Shown here piece by piece: positions 45,401 to 57,720 of a stretch of 64,000 nt of DNA. Source of the stretch: Elsinoe ampelina (lineage: Eukaryota); the NCBI GenBank assembly GCA_010093995.1, contig ML992506.1, forward strand, positions 1,505,508 through 1,569,507, given 5' to 3'. The translations under genes and the position numbers were made by a program. Below the pieces are notes generated by a model. That model did not search any database. It was given only the letters and a program-made list of their open reading frames with translations, and had not been told where the DNA came from. Position 1 is the stretch's first letter, and every line of letters starts with the position of its first letter.

Positions 45401-45877
45401 GACCAGACGGGATCAGAGGTGGCAGGGATATAGATGAGACTTACCATAAAGAATAGGACCCTGGAAGAAACCCAAGAATTTCAAGAACAAGTTCTCCTTG
45501 TCCGTGGTGATTTCGTTGAAGCCATATCGCTTGCGACGGGCGTCAACGTCGGTGTTGGAGAGACCTTGCTTAATGTCGGTCTCAAGCCACTCGTCGGGAA
45601 CGACAGCGGCGTCAGCTCCAGTGCCATCGGAGCTCTTCTTGGAGCCGAACCATCCCTTCTTCTTGGGGGGAGCGGCGGCCTTGTTAGCTTGCTCCTCCTC
45701 GGCGGCGGCCTTGGGGTCGCGGTATGTCGAGATGTACTTCTGGAGCGCAGTGTACTCGTCGAGGTCCTCGATGTTGCCGGGCGCAGTCGACCACTTTCGC
45801 GACTGTGCGCGGGAAGTGGTGCCTGGCGCACCGTTCTCGAGGTCCTTCTCACCGAAGGACACCCGGGGAGCAGACAT
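42406..45877 (-). CDS. PMA1: Plasma-membrane H+-ATPase (P3A), ~1008 aa; exons 45877-45445, 45054-44831, 44775-42406
   Basis: TGES, DKTGTLT, KGAP, DPPR, MLTGD and GDGVNDAPSLK; strong codon bias. Introns at 45055-45444 (390 nt) and 44776-44830. Confidence 0.97.
45170..45219. promoter_or_regulatory. Cluster of three PacC/Rim101 consensus sites (GCCARG) in PMA1 intron 1
   Basis: GCCAGG at 45170-45175; CTTGGC at 45202-45207 and 45214-45219. Confidence 0.4.
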
Positions 45878-48800
45878 GGTGGGTGACGGTGAGGATGTGT
45901 CTCTGCTGGCGGGTGTAGGTTATTGTAAAAGCTGCCTACTAGCAGAGACGGGGGAATTGGGTGGAGTGGAGAGGTGAAGGAAGGAAGAAAATGTAAAGGA
46001 AAGCAGATCAACAAGGGGGCGAACAAATGGCTAGAGGTGGGAGGGATGATTGTTTTTATGGAAAAAGCTCGATGCTCTCTTGTCTCTGGCGGTGGATTGT
46101 GGATGCGACAGGCCGGCCGACACACTAGAGACTGCCTTTCGCACCGACAAGGTACCGTTGGTCGGTGCGTATGTTTGCAACTTTCAACGCAGACAAGAGG
46201 CGCAAATTGGTTCTCCCACTCGGTCTGCTCGCCCAAAAAAATGCCTCACTCTCGACAGATCTTCCACGCCCACGGGCCGCGACTGGAGCTTAATTTGCGC
46301 CGTCTTTGCCATTTGCCCTGTCATCATCTGTCCTGTCGCCGGCCCCGTTGCCAGACGCTCGACGATGCAAATTGCTTGCAGCGGAGCTGTTGCAACGTCT
46401 GACTGTAAGTTATGTGCTTGACACTATCTACGAGCCTACGAGTCCTCCGAGGGCCGGCTGTCGTGGTGCGATTATGTGCACCAACAAAGCAAGACAGATA
46501 CAGACCAAGACAAAGCAAGCCACTGCTTGACCCGGCCGTATCAGACAATCCCCAGCCAATCCCACGTGTGGCTTTCTGTCTGTCTCGTCCCTCATTACCT
46601 TTCTTGCGCTGGGAGAAGCAAGGGAGGGCAACAGAGCATGCAACTCTCCTTCCCCCATTTGGATTAGCTGCGATCAGCGAGTGACGTCGAAAGCAGGAAG
46701 CTCCCCATCAGCCCTGTGCGTGAGCATGATGGAAAGGCGCTGTTGTCTTTCACTGTGCATGAGTCGGAACGCCGGCTACGATACGGCCTGACCATAATGC
46801 GACTTCAAAAGGGCACGTTATCGTCGACGGTCATCGCTGGCTCATGGTCGCCCTCTCGCCTCGATAGAAAAATTCACAGCGATCCTCCGGGCGTCAGGGT
46901 AGGGCTAAAGGGTCCCCAATCAACATGGATCCTATCAAGTTGAAGCGCAGGTGATCCAGGGCAAGCATGTGGGTATCGCCTGGCTAGCTTTCCGTCATTT
47001 TTCTTTTCTCCCACCCTCCTCGGCCGCTAATGCCGACCGGCCTGCTGCTTGCAGCTAGAGAGGTCAAGCTTTGCTCTGCATTTCCGCCGTGGGTTTTCTC
47101 ACACAGATGTCTCTTTGAAAGCTGCAGCTCTGAGAGCCCTCAGCCAGGTCCCCCAAGCAGTCGACTCCGACTTGGCCCCAACCATTTTTGGGATTTACAC
47201 TTTGCGCGAAACTTCACTGGTTCCAGGCACGCCCCAGTGTGCCTTTTCCACGGCCGATTATTGCGGGTGTGCCCGTATCGCTGGCTGACAACGAAATTTG
47301 TTCGTCCACGCTGCCCCGGCAACGAGATTTCACAACCGACTTTGGCCAATCTTGAAGCCCATCTAGCGCCCCCGGAAATACTTTCTTGTCGAGCTATTGG
47401 CGGTCGCAGATGAGGCCATCGGCTGCGAATTGTCATTGCGATATCTGGACAGAACTGGAGAGAGTGGACTCGGTGGATGCGGGTTTGATTGCGCGCAATG
47501 TCGACGCCGAGAGAGGCCAGAAGCACGAGACAGACTTGCGAAACCACCACACTCGTTCATGGAGAAAAGTCGCCCCAGACAAATGGAATGCTATCCCGCC
47601 TAATGCTCTTCTCCCATAGGTTCAACCTTGTTGAGGGAACTACTGTAGCAGGATGCGAGACATGCCGGGACAAGCCTCTCGTACACCGCTTTACGCACCA
47701 AATGGATCCAGGACCAGACGTGAACAACATAGTCGCAAAGTCTGCCGATCGAAGCGGCTTGTCGTTGCAATGCTATTTTCTTTAGAGCTTCAATGTAGCA
47801 TACGTATCATTCTTGATCTGAATAGCCTACAGACTCTAGCAACCATGCGCTGGTGAAGGGCTGTGTCCAAGTTCCAACCAGGAACCAATTGGCAGCATTG
47901 CGCAATCCTCAGCATCGTCATCATGCCGCTGCTGCCGACTCGTGCTTCTGATCACAGCGATGGCGGCACAAGCTGCTCGTGCGAGACTCTTTCCCTCGAG
48001 CTACCAATTGTCGGTCTCCTCGGCGCCGCGACGGCATTAGAATTAACCGCGAGCGAGCTCTAAACGAATCAGAAATGTTTCTCGTTGGATAAAATCGAAA
48101 CGAGGTTTTGACAGGAATTGAGACCCGAGCGTCAACAGCCCGGGGGGGGGGTTTTGCGCCGCGACATGACGCTGTCCTCTCTGGAGTGACACCGTTCCCT
48201 TCCGCATCACACTCTGCGTAGTGGTCTCAGATCGGCCGCTAGCATGCTGCAGGGAACGGAGCGGCTACCTTGCCGTGACAGCAATGCGCGATTTGTTGGT
48301 CTTGAGTTACAGTCAGTAGAGGTTCTATTCCCGACATGAGACACGCATCCGGGCCGACAGGAAGTGCAGTATAGCGCGAGAAATCGTTCTCGGGTTCTAC
48401 GAATATTCGCAACCGTATAGGCACGACCAGACCTACAAGCCGTAGTCGTGTCAAATACAACCGGTTCGCGACATCCGATTTCAGGTACAGTAATGGTCTG
48501 GCTATGCGGCTCAAGAATCGTGGTCATATTCGACGTTGGCTACATCATCTACGTTGCAATTTGCAGGCCTTGCGCTTCTATCCGTCGGCAGGAAATACAG
48601 TAGCACGACAACCGGCATTCCATCAGGCACGTCTCCACAACGTTCTCATGGCTTTTGCTTGAACAACGCTCCAAGCTTGATCACTGGACTCTTCAATCTA
48701 CATCAAGTGTTCCCAGCACACTGGCCTTCGACTTTCCACCCACCATGTGAAGTTGCATTCGCAGACCTTGGATGATCGCCCTGCATCGCATGCAGGTGAC

Positions 48801-50155
48801 CTCCGAAATCGCTGGGCAACCCACCTTGGCGCCATCGAAGATCTAGCTCTCCCCAACCATTCTTGCATGACCGTCGCCGCTAAATATCCTTCTAGCGTAT
48901 TCTTCGCGCCTTCTGTGGATCCCACTGGAAAAATGATGAGCACTTGAAAATGCCTCATCCGGGGATACCCTGCCTTGACACCAAAAGCCGGCGTGGCAGG
49001 TGTGGAGGTGTGTGATCATCATCTACCCCACCAGTCCAGAGCTATCAACCACTCATACGGAGTAGCAAGACACTCAATTTTCGGTCAAGCAAGACCATGG
49101 AAGTTTTATCCCCGTCGGACCTCAACCGACCAGGGTCTTTGCCTCCACAGACATCTGCTAACCTCGCTGCTGACCGGAGAAGGCAGGAAGTGATGGATCG
49201 GCCAAGCAATGCAGGAGCTGTGGTCCGCCGACTGCATGGGACACTGCATGCCACCATCATCTCGCAGTCTCCCAGCCTCGACTGCGGGAACAATATGCAG
49301 CCACGTCGTTGTTTCAATGCAGGTCTGTGTTCATGTGCAAGTCGAACCGATATCGATGATAGTGGAGGTTGGACGATTTACAGAGCATATCATGCAGATT
49401 GCTTTTTGGCAGCCACTCGCAACCCTATGAAATCCAGGGTCTTTATCTCTCAGCCAAAGTCATCGTACAGTCCATCGAAGTCTCCAGATGACGGCATATA
49501 GAAGTGCAGATGGTTATGTAACTTAGCCTGCGTGCCATGTTGAACTCTGGATGATGAGTCTACGCTGAGTTCCGCAACAGCTAGGTTGCATTCATTTAGA
49601 TTCGTCACGAGTCTTACTCCACAGGAAGCATGTTTAACATGGACCATTCGCCTTCTGAGCAGCAGCATGCTTTGGTCCTTGAACAGAGTCTTTCTTCCTC
49701 ATAACATTAGATCACTGGTAACTTTCAGTGGAGGCTCGAGTCACCCTTCATGACCGCTGCCTGAATACCTCAGGGTAGTGGCAAACTAACGAGCAAAAGG
49801 CTGAGCGCTAGACGCTTGTGTGGAACACTCACAATCCCAACATATGGACAATTAGTCTCTGCACCACTTGTCGACGCTATGAATGCATCAATGAGTTGGT
49901 GCTCAAAATTGAGAGCTCGAGAGTGGCTCTGCAGGATGGTCTGGATCGCGGTGGATCGAGAAGATGACTAAGCACTGCCATTCTGGACTTCGAGGCTGAC
50001 GCGTATTCTGAAACCAAACCCGCAATACGAGTAGTACATTTTGCGTTGGAAAGAGGCATTGCAGGAATATGAGTGATCCTAGTTTCGAGTAGGTACTTAC
50101 ATTGGGCATCAGAAGGTCGATCATTGAGCGTACAGTTACGTGGACCGCAACCGTC

Positions 50156-51316
50156 ATGGGCTATCCACCACCCATCCCGCCACGTCCTTCAGGATGGGCA
50201 CCAACACCCCCTAATCTCCCTCCTAGAACTCAGGCATCTTCGAATGAGAATCACGTGAACCAGGATCCACAAGCTCAGTACTACCAGAGTGGATTAGGAC
50301 AAGGATCAGGACCACAACCGTACGGTGATCAGTATAATGTGCATCAGAATCAAGCGCAGTATAGCCAGCATTTTCCCCATCAGCAATCACAGTATCCTCA
50401 ATACTACACTGGACCACAGCAAGGACAAGCTCATCAGCCGCCTGTTCAGCAGCACTATCAACAGCCGCCACCACAGCAGCACTACCAACAGCCATCATTT
50501 CCATATCAGTCCCAGAACAATCAACCTCCAACTCACCACGCTCCTCCATCTCAGGGTCAAATCTGGCAACCTTCGGCGGGCACAACTTGGCAGTACGTCC
50601 TCGGCCACCGTATTAAACTGGACCATACCATCGAGCAGACCTCAGTCTGGATCATTGACCTCTTCGACACCACAGCAGACGACGTCGCCGAGTTACATCG
50701 ACGCGGGCGTAAAGTGATCGCCTACTTTTCAGCGGGTTCCTATGAGAACTGGCGGCCAGACGCCTCACGGTTCCCTACCTCCGACATGGGCAAGAAACTC
50801 GACGACTGGGAAGGGGAAAAATGGATTCGGACATCTTCACCCACCATCCGAGAGATCATGACCGCACGCATGGACTTGGCTGTGCAGAAGGGTTTCGACG
50901 GCATTGATCCCGACAACGTCGACGGGTACGACAACAAAAATGGCCTTGGTCTCACGAAGAACGATGCTGTGGACTACGTGCTCTGGCTCGCTCGAGAAGC
51001 TCACGGTCGAGGTCTGGCAGTGGGATTGAAGAACGCCAACGACATCATCCCGAGAGTGATCAGAGAGATGCAGTGGTGCGTGCAGGAGCAGTGCGTGCAA
51101 TACGGTGATGAAGAAGAGTATCTCCCATTCATCAGACAAGGAAAGCCAGTGTTCCATGTCGAGTATCCCAAGGGGGAAGACACGGACAGTAAGAGGTGTA
51201 ACAATGAGAAGGAGGTGACCGGTAAGCAACTGCAGAAGTGTGTTAGGGCGAGAGAGATGGGCTTCTCGACCATCATCAAAAATATCAATCTTGATCAGTG
51301 GATACAGAGGTGTTGA
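50156..51316 (+). CDS. GH114 endo-alpha-1,4-polygalactosaminidase-like protein with an N-terminal P/Q/Y-rich low-complexity region
   Basis: WQPSAGTTWQY, IDLFD, IAYFSAGSYENWRPD, KGFDGIDPDNVD, GLKNA and VQEQC; no hydrophobic leader. Confidence 0.88.
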   Translation: MGYPPPIPPRPSGWAPTPPNLPPRTQASSNENHVNQDPQAQYYQSGLGQGSGPQPYGDQYNVHQNQAQYSQHFPHQQSQYPQYYTGPQQGQAHQPPVQQHYQQPPPQQHYQQPSFPYQSQNNQPPTHHAPPSQGQIWQPSAGTTWQYVLGHRIKLDHTIEQTSVWIIDLFDTTADDVAELHRRGRKVIAYFSAGSYENWRPDASRFPTSDMGKKLDDWEGEKWIRTSSPTIREIMTARMDLAVQKGFDGIDPDNVDGYDNKNGLGLTKNDAVDYVLWLAREAHGRGLAVGLKNANDIIPRVIREMQWCVQEQCVQYGDEEEYLPFIRQGKPVFHVEYPKGEDTDSKRCNNEKEVTGKQLQKCVRAREMGFSTIIKNINLDQWIQRC

Positions 51317-51872
51317 ATCGTCCGGGAAGTAAGCAATGTAACATGGCAAAATCAACGATGAGTGGACTGGGCTATAGAAGTATTGTGACCATTTCCGTCC
51401 TTGATCGCTGCTCAGTCCAAGTCCACAAACCCGTGATGACTTCCTTCATGCCAGATTCACTTTCCCATTATTCGGCAATCAACGTCTTCTAGCCCTCGTG
51501 CGTGGCAACCGGCCACTACATTGGCCGTGCCGCACAGTCACTACGAAGACGAAGGCGCTGGGAATCCATGATCTAGAGGAAGGTGACGGGGAAAGTGAGG
51601 AGGGTGTGTTGGTGGGAGATTCGCTGCGGGAGATTAGAGTCGACAGGGACTTCACTGTCGAGGCTGCAGAGGAAGACAGAAGGAGCATGTACTAATCCAT
51701 CTTGTGTGTTCAGGCGTTTCAGGAACAGGCTGGCGAACGGGGAGACTGGTAGATACCCACTGCTTGGGAGGGAGACTTACTCTTTTTGTACTCTTCCATT
51801 ATGTCGTAATAACATCTTGCCAAACATTTCATGCTCGGTGGATTTGAGTCACGCGCAACGTCGTTCACACCC

Positions 51873-52877
51873 TCAAGAAGCACAGGTCATCTCGTCCAGT
51901 GCCTGCACCTCCCAATAATGCAGAACACCCAGTAGACCTCTCAGTCTCACGACTGCACCAAGGATAACCAGCACGTGCATGAGGTTGTGACTCTGTCCTA
52001 CCAAATCGAATGTCTTCGGATACCATCGCTCTGGTATTCTTGCGGCATATACAGCTGCTCCAGAGAAGTTGATGAGAGCGAGCCCGATAAAGTGGGAGAG
52101 GCTCATCCTGATATTGAGCAATTCCCAACCATACAGTTTCAAGCCGTGTATACATGGTGCGAACAAGCTCGAGCCCAAGAAACAGTACATCAGGAAGCGT
52201 ACCGTCCGGTAACTAGGCTGTCGAAAGGTTGGCTGAAGCGTGAACACTGCACATCCCAACGCAGTCGTCGTGATAGCCGCGATGTACGTATTCCGTAACG
52301 TTTGGTCGCAATAGAAGCCAAAGTAAGTACTGGATATACCGGAGCCCCACATGACTAGGACTATCCCGAGATGATCAAGCTCGTTGCCTAGCTTGTGCAC
52401 ATGAGGACTGTGGTCGGAGAATGTGTGGAAGAAGGTTGACAGGAGGAAGCAGACAACTACGCAGATGTAGTACAGACCCACTATTGTGGCATCCGCCGCT
52501 TTGATCAAGGGTCTATCAGCTACGGCTGACGTGTAGAAATGGACCAGACCAGCTATGAACCAGAGTGCACCGAGAAAGTGTGACCATATGTTGGTGGTCT
52601 CATTATGGACCGCCAGCATGCTTCTGAGTGAGCCGCTTGTAGAGTTCGATGCCGGCCGGTAGTTTGTGAGGATGTATTCATTGTCTCTAACAGTGGATGA
52701 GCGGTTTCGCATCAGTGTGGCGCACTCTGCTTACCTTTGCCACGGTGCTAGTAAGTCAGCTTGTCATTGCCCTGGCTTCATGTGCAGGACGTTTTGGCTT
52801 ACAGTACCGACTTGCTCGAAGGTCAACAGACCTTTTCGGCGATTGCCTTTGATAGTGTTTCTCTTGATAGTAGCCAT
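51873..52877 (-). CDS. PAQR/HlyIII (Izh-like) seven-TM protein with two short 5' introns
   Basis: Spliced LLTFEQVAPWQRDNEYILTNYRP, plus HNETTNIWSH, STFFHT, LDHLGI, ARIPERWYP and SHNLMH. Confidence 0.9.
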
Positions 52878-53307
52878 CTCCAGATGATGAGATATTAATG
52901 TTTCGAGTTGACAAGAGGCATGGGTCTGATACCCTTGACATAGAGATTGCCTTGAGGCTGGCGCTTAGCGGAAATCACCTTTACCAACCACGCCACATGA
53001 CTGTCACATACTTGGCGATATCCTGTTGCGAGAGCAATTTAGGCTCCATACAAAAGTATGGACAAGTGACATAGCAAGAAATCATGGAGTTGAGATGAGG
53101 ATAAGGCTTTATTTCCGAGAGCAGTCATGGAAGCTGCGATTGAGGAAGGCCATTCCTGCAGTCGGCAGGCGTTGCTTCCGCCCCCGATACTTGCCACCTT
53201 ATAGTTGTCTACCTACATCGCGACAGGCAATTTCCTCCTAGGGGGCGCGCCCCATCTCTGATGCCCAGCACAGTCCCTCCTTAAGTGCACTTACGCATCG
53301 CAAGCAT

Positions 53308-55561
53308 CTAAGACAGGCCCAACTCCCTGTAGAATGCCTCCGTACTCGGCTCTCTCCCAAGGAACTGCTTCAAAGTCTCCATTTCATCCTGACTACCTCC
53401 CTTCTCAAGCACCATGTGCCTGTACTTCCTGCCCTTTTCCTTGTTCATCGGGTCCTTGTGAAACATTGTGTAGAACATATCCGCCGAGTAGACCTGCGAG
53501 CTGAGGTAGCCGTAGTAGCCTGCATCGTATCCTACATGGTGTCAGCAGTCATTCACAAGCAATGACAATCGACAATACTTACCGCCGATAAGATGTCCAA
53601 ATGTGGCCTCGCCATTACCCCACTCATAGCCCTCACCTAGCACTTCTGGACCGTCGATCAAGCTGATGTCCTTTCTCAGCTTGTTGTACAGCTCGCCGAC
53701 TTTGAGATCCTCGATCTGCTTGTGGCTCTCGCCCTCGTGGACAGTCATGTCGAAGATACCAAAGTGTAGTTGGCGAAGGTTGAACAGGGCGTCGTTCACG
53801 TGACGAGTACGAATGATGCTGTCGACAAGATTGTCGGGAAGATGCTCGCTCGGCTGATCCTTCGTCGACTTGGATGATTCTAACCAAGCGGACTTGTAGC
53901 TATCGGAGAGGTAAGAGTAGTGCTTAGACAGCGAGCGGAGTTGTGACGGTGTCCAGCACCAGTTCTCCAGCATTTGCGAAGGAGCTTCGACAAAGTCACG
54001 GACAGTGTTTGTGCCGTGGAAGAGGGAGTATTGGGTCTTGGAGACAAGATCGTGGATGCCGTGGCCAAGCTCGTGGAACAGAGTGACCACTTCGTCGTGC
54101 TTGAGAAGAGATGGCTTCTTCGGAGTCGGCTTGGAGAAGTTGCAGACAAGTGCCGTTGCTGGGTATCGGCGGGTACCATTTGAGTCAATGTAGCCCGGTT
54201 GCAGGTTGAAGTTGGCAGCATGGCCATACTTGCCATCACGTGGATGCAGATCGAGGTAGAGGTATCCGACGAACCCATCTCCCTCCGAAGCATCGTCCCA
54301 CACCGAGAAGACCTGGACATCAGGATGCCAGATGATGTCGTCGCCCTTGCCTGTTGGCGAGACCTTCGCCCTGTCCTCACCGGTGATCTGCACGAAAACC
54401 AGGCCGAAGATCTCCTCGAAGATTTGGAGCATGCCGCGAATGGAAGTCTCGAGCGGGAACCATTCCGAGATGAGCTCCTGATCAAGCTGATAATCACGCT
54501 CGAGCATCAATGTGTTGTAATACCTGTGCAAGAATTAGCTGAAAGACCACTTTACAACCCGATGCGACGTACCTGTTATCCCACAAGTAGTAGTGACCAT
54601 CACTCTTCTCATTTCTTGACTTGAGGTCTTCCTCCTTTAGATCCTGTAGCTTCTTTATCTCGTCGCGACCACCAGGAGCAAGACGCTTCCTCAGATCACC
54701 CAAGAAGTCATCCACAGTCTTTGGCGTTTTTGCCATCTTATCCTCAATCACAAATGCGGCGTGGTTGGGGTATCCAAGCAAGCGAGCCGCTTCATCACGG
54801 AGAACGATAGCCTCTCTGAACAGCGGCACATTCTGGTTGCACTTGTTCTCGTTCTCAATGAAGATCTTCCTCCGCGTTTCCGGGTTCTTTGCATGCTTGA
54901 GAGCAGGGAACAGGTCCGGGTACTTGAACGTAAGGCGGACCTTGCCGTCGTTCTCTCCCTCTCCCTTCTGAAGGTTGCCCACTAGATCCTCTGGTAGCCC
55001 GTCCAGCTCTGCCGGTGTGAACCACAGCCCTCCTTGCTCTTCATTGAGATTCTTCTGGAAGGTAATGCTTAGCTCCGATAGCCGCTTCTTGATCGCCTTG
55101 AAGCGATCACGCTTAGGTCCGGCAGGTATATTGAGGCCCATCCGCACGTAGCCCTTGTGTGTCTTCTCCAGCAAGCGCTGAGATTCTGGGTCAAGCTTCT
55201 CTTTCTTGTCCAAGATACCCTGAAGCAATCCGAAGACATCCTCGCGCATGCTGCTCTCAATGCCAAAATCGTCAAGCAGCTTCTCGGCCTCAGTCGACGC
55301 ATCTCGTAGCTTAGCATCCGTTGAGACAGCTTGGTAGAAGCCGATGATATGCGACTCTGTAGCCATTGTGTTGTCATCCAGCGCCATGGGCAAGAGGACG
55401 TTCTTGAACGTAGCATCGGAAGCCTTGTACTGCGCGACAGCATCGTCTTGGACTTTCTTGCTCTGCGCAATCAAGCGCTTGGTATCAGCCACTAGCGAGT
55501 CGGGGGTAGCTGTGAAGACTGGCGGAGCCTGGGGAGGCTTCTGGTACTTGGAGGCAGCCAT
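53308..55561 (-). CDS. PRD1: M3A metallo-oligopeptidase (saccharolysin/thimet oligopeptidase, MepB-like), multi-exon
   Basis: FHELGHGIH (HExxH), RDFVEAPSQMLENW and FGHL..GYDAGYYGYL. First AUG is at 55561; a CUG-initiated extension from 55729 is possible. Confidence 0.93.
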
Positions 55562-56059
55562 GGTAGAGGTGAAGAGAGGGCGGGAGTACGAGGATCTGAA
55601 GGGGTTGATCTGAGCGCTGAATGCTCCCAGCCGCGCAGAGAAACGATTCAGAGCCACGGTGACAAGTGAGAGAAAGATGAAGATGATCAGCAGGGCGCGG
55701 AGCGAGCGGCGTGGGTCGAGGACAGCCAGGTTGGCGGTGAGCAGTCAGCGGCGGGGTTCTGAGGGGAAGAGGTCAATGCGGAAGACAGACAAAGTGGAAG
55801 TCTTGTCAAGATGTCGTTTATCTTCCAAGTAATAGATAGGAAGCGTGCTATATACACTGCGGTCTGCCAGCCCTAAAGCTGACGGGTCCAGACCATCATT
55901 GCGGGGCCTTGGCTGCTAATGCTCTTCTACACCAAAGGATGCCTTCTTGAACGTCGCCACATCGTACCATCGCTATTAGGTCACATGGCGATATCAGCTC
56001 ATGATGCTTGTGACAAGGACTTGTACATTCAGTCTACATATATCCATCAAAGATTGCAT

Positions 56060-57233
56060 TTAAAGCTTGCTCCGCGAAACAACCTTTGCGTTGTTGGAAG
56101 AGATGACTTGAACGGCCTGGTCGACCATCTCATCGATAATGACCTTTGCAGACTTCTTTTCGTTGGTGACAGCAGCGGCCTTGCCCATGAGGAACGGTCG
56201 GGCATTGTCCATTGTGTCGTCGTCAATGTCGTCACCCATTTTTTCGAGATCATGCTCCACTGGGATGATACCCTTGCCAGTCAAGTCCTTGATCTCTGCT
56301 TGTCTGTTCTCCTCCCAGTTCTCAATGTAAGGGTTCTTGCGAACACGCAGAGGCCGTCCAGTGAAGATGATTGTGCGAATGTTGTCGTCGAAGCCGGATG
56401 TACGGACCGCTTCCTGGTGAGCCTTGGGCGCGCCAGCCTCCTCAGACAGGACGAAGCGGGTTCCGACCCACACAGCAGAGGCACCAAGCGAGAGGGCAGC
56501 GGCGAGCGACTGACCGTTGAAGATACCTCCTGCAGCGATGACCTGCACAGGTTCGCCAGTCAGGGGTGACTTGTGTCCCTTAGCCAGTTCGACGACCGTG
56601 GGAATCAGGATTGTGGTTGGAACGTCGCCGGTGTGTCCACCTCCTTCTCCACCCTGCGCGCAGATGAGGTCCACGCCGAGATCGAGGCATTTCTTGACGT
56701 GCTTCGGGTGGCCGATCATGTTCATGTAGAGAATGCCAGCCTTGTGAAGCTTCTCGACCACATGCTTAGGGGGCACACCGACAGCGGAAACAAAGAGACG
56801 AGCCTTGGACTCGATGATGATATCGACTAGCTCGTCGAGCTTGCCCTTGGTGTAGTCGTAGCTGTGAGGTATGAGGGGCTGTTTCAGGGGCTGGATCTTG
56901 CGGACTTACTTGGTCTTGCGGGCTCCGGCACCAACCTGGGGAAGAAGAAGGTCAACACCGAATGGTGCATCCTTGTTCTTGAGGTATCCCTTCAGCTCGG
57001 CGATCTGCTCGCGGAGCATGTCTGGTGTGTATCCGACTCCTCCGATCACTCCGATACCTCCAGCATCTGATACAGCAGTATTTTTTGTCAGCAACATTCT
57101 TATATCCACGATAGGACAAGACTTATGCCGCGAGCCGAGGACCTGCCGCAACGTTCATTCCAGCCAGCATGATAGGGTGGTTGATCTTGAGGAGGTCCGT
57201 GGTGACGGTGCGGATCTGCTGAGGGGAGGCCAT
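56060..57233 (-). CDS. Nitronate monooxygenase / 2-nitropropane dioxygenase family FMN enzyme with PTS1, multi-exon
   Basis: LLAGMNVAAGP, FGVDLLLPQ, AQGGEGGGHTG, IAAGGI and VWVGTRF; ends in -SKL. Confidence 0.9.
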
Positions 57234-57720
57234 GGTTGAGCGGGTTTGGGAGGATCGAAACGGCTAAATCGTGTTTGTTGAACGTATAAAGGCTTCAGGA
57301 GACCAGGAAAAAACACAGTGGCTCGTCAATTCAAAGTTGAATGATTGAGAAAGAGAGATGAGTGATAGTTGGGTGAAGGTGTAGCAAGACGAAGTGCCTC
57401 GGCATAAACGGAGAGGGTCTGTCTCCATGGGGAAAAACGTGGCTCGTGCGCATTTTGCGGGGGAGCTCTCTTCCGAGGTTGTGAATTTTGCCTCACCTCG
57501 CCAATCACCGTCACATGCAAGATCCGGACGCCGACAATTGACTTGCCGTCGAACCATTGGTATGTGATCCTGCACCGAAACATGTGTATCCGTAGGAGCT
57601 ATCATTCGAAGTTCATCGTCATAGAGACAATAAAGATGTTCATACACGCATCGAGTGAGTCTGATCCATTTGCAGATAACGTCCGAGGCATTAGCGATAT
57701 CATGCTTGCTGCATTGTAAG

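Noticed and set aside
45900..50100. Many 60-250-aa ORFs upstream of PMA1
   Set aside because: They overlap in all frames, many have non-ATG starts, and there is no codon bias or motif; this is expected by chance.
36840..57233. Possible secondary-metabolite cluster (monooxygenases, thiolase-like)
   Set aside because: No PKS, NRPS, terpene synthase, cluster transcription factor or transporter; the genes are interspersed with housekeeping genes.
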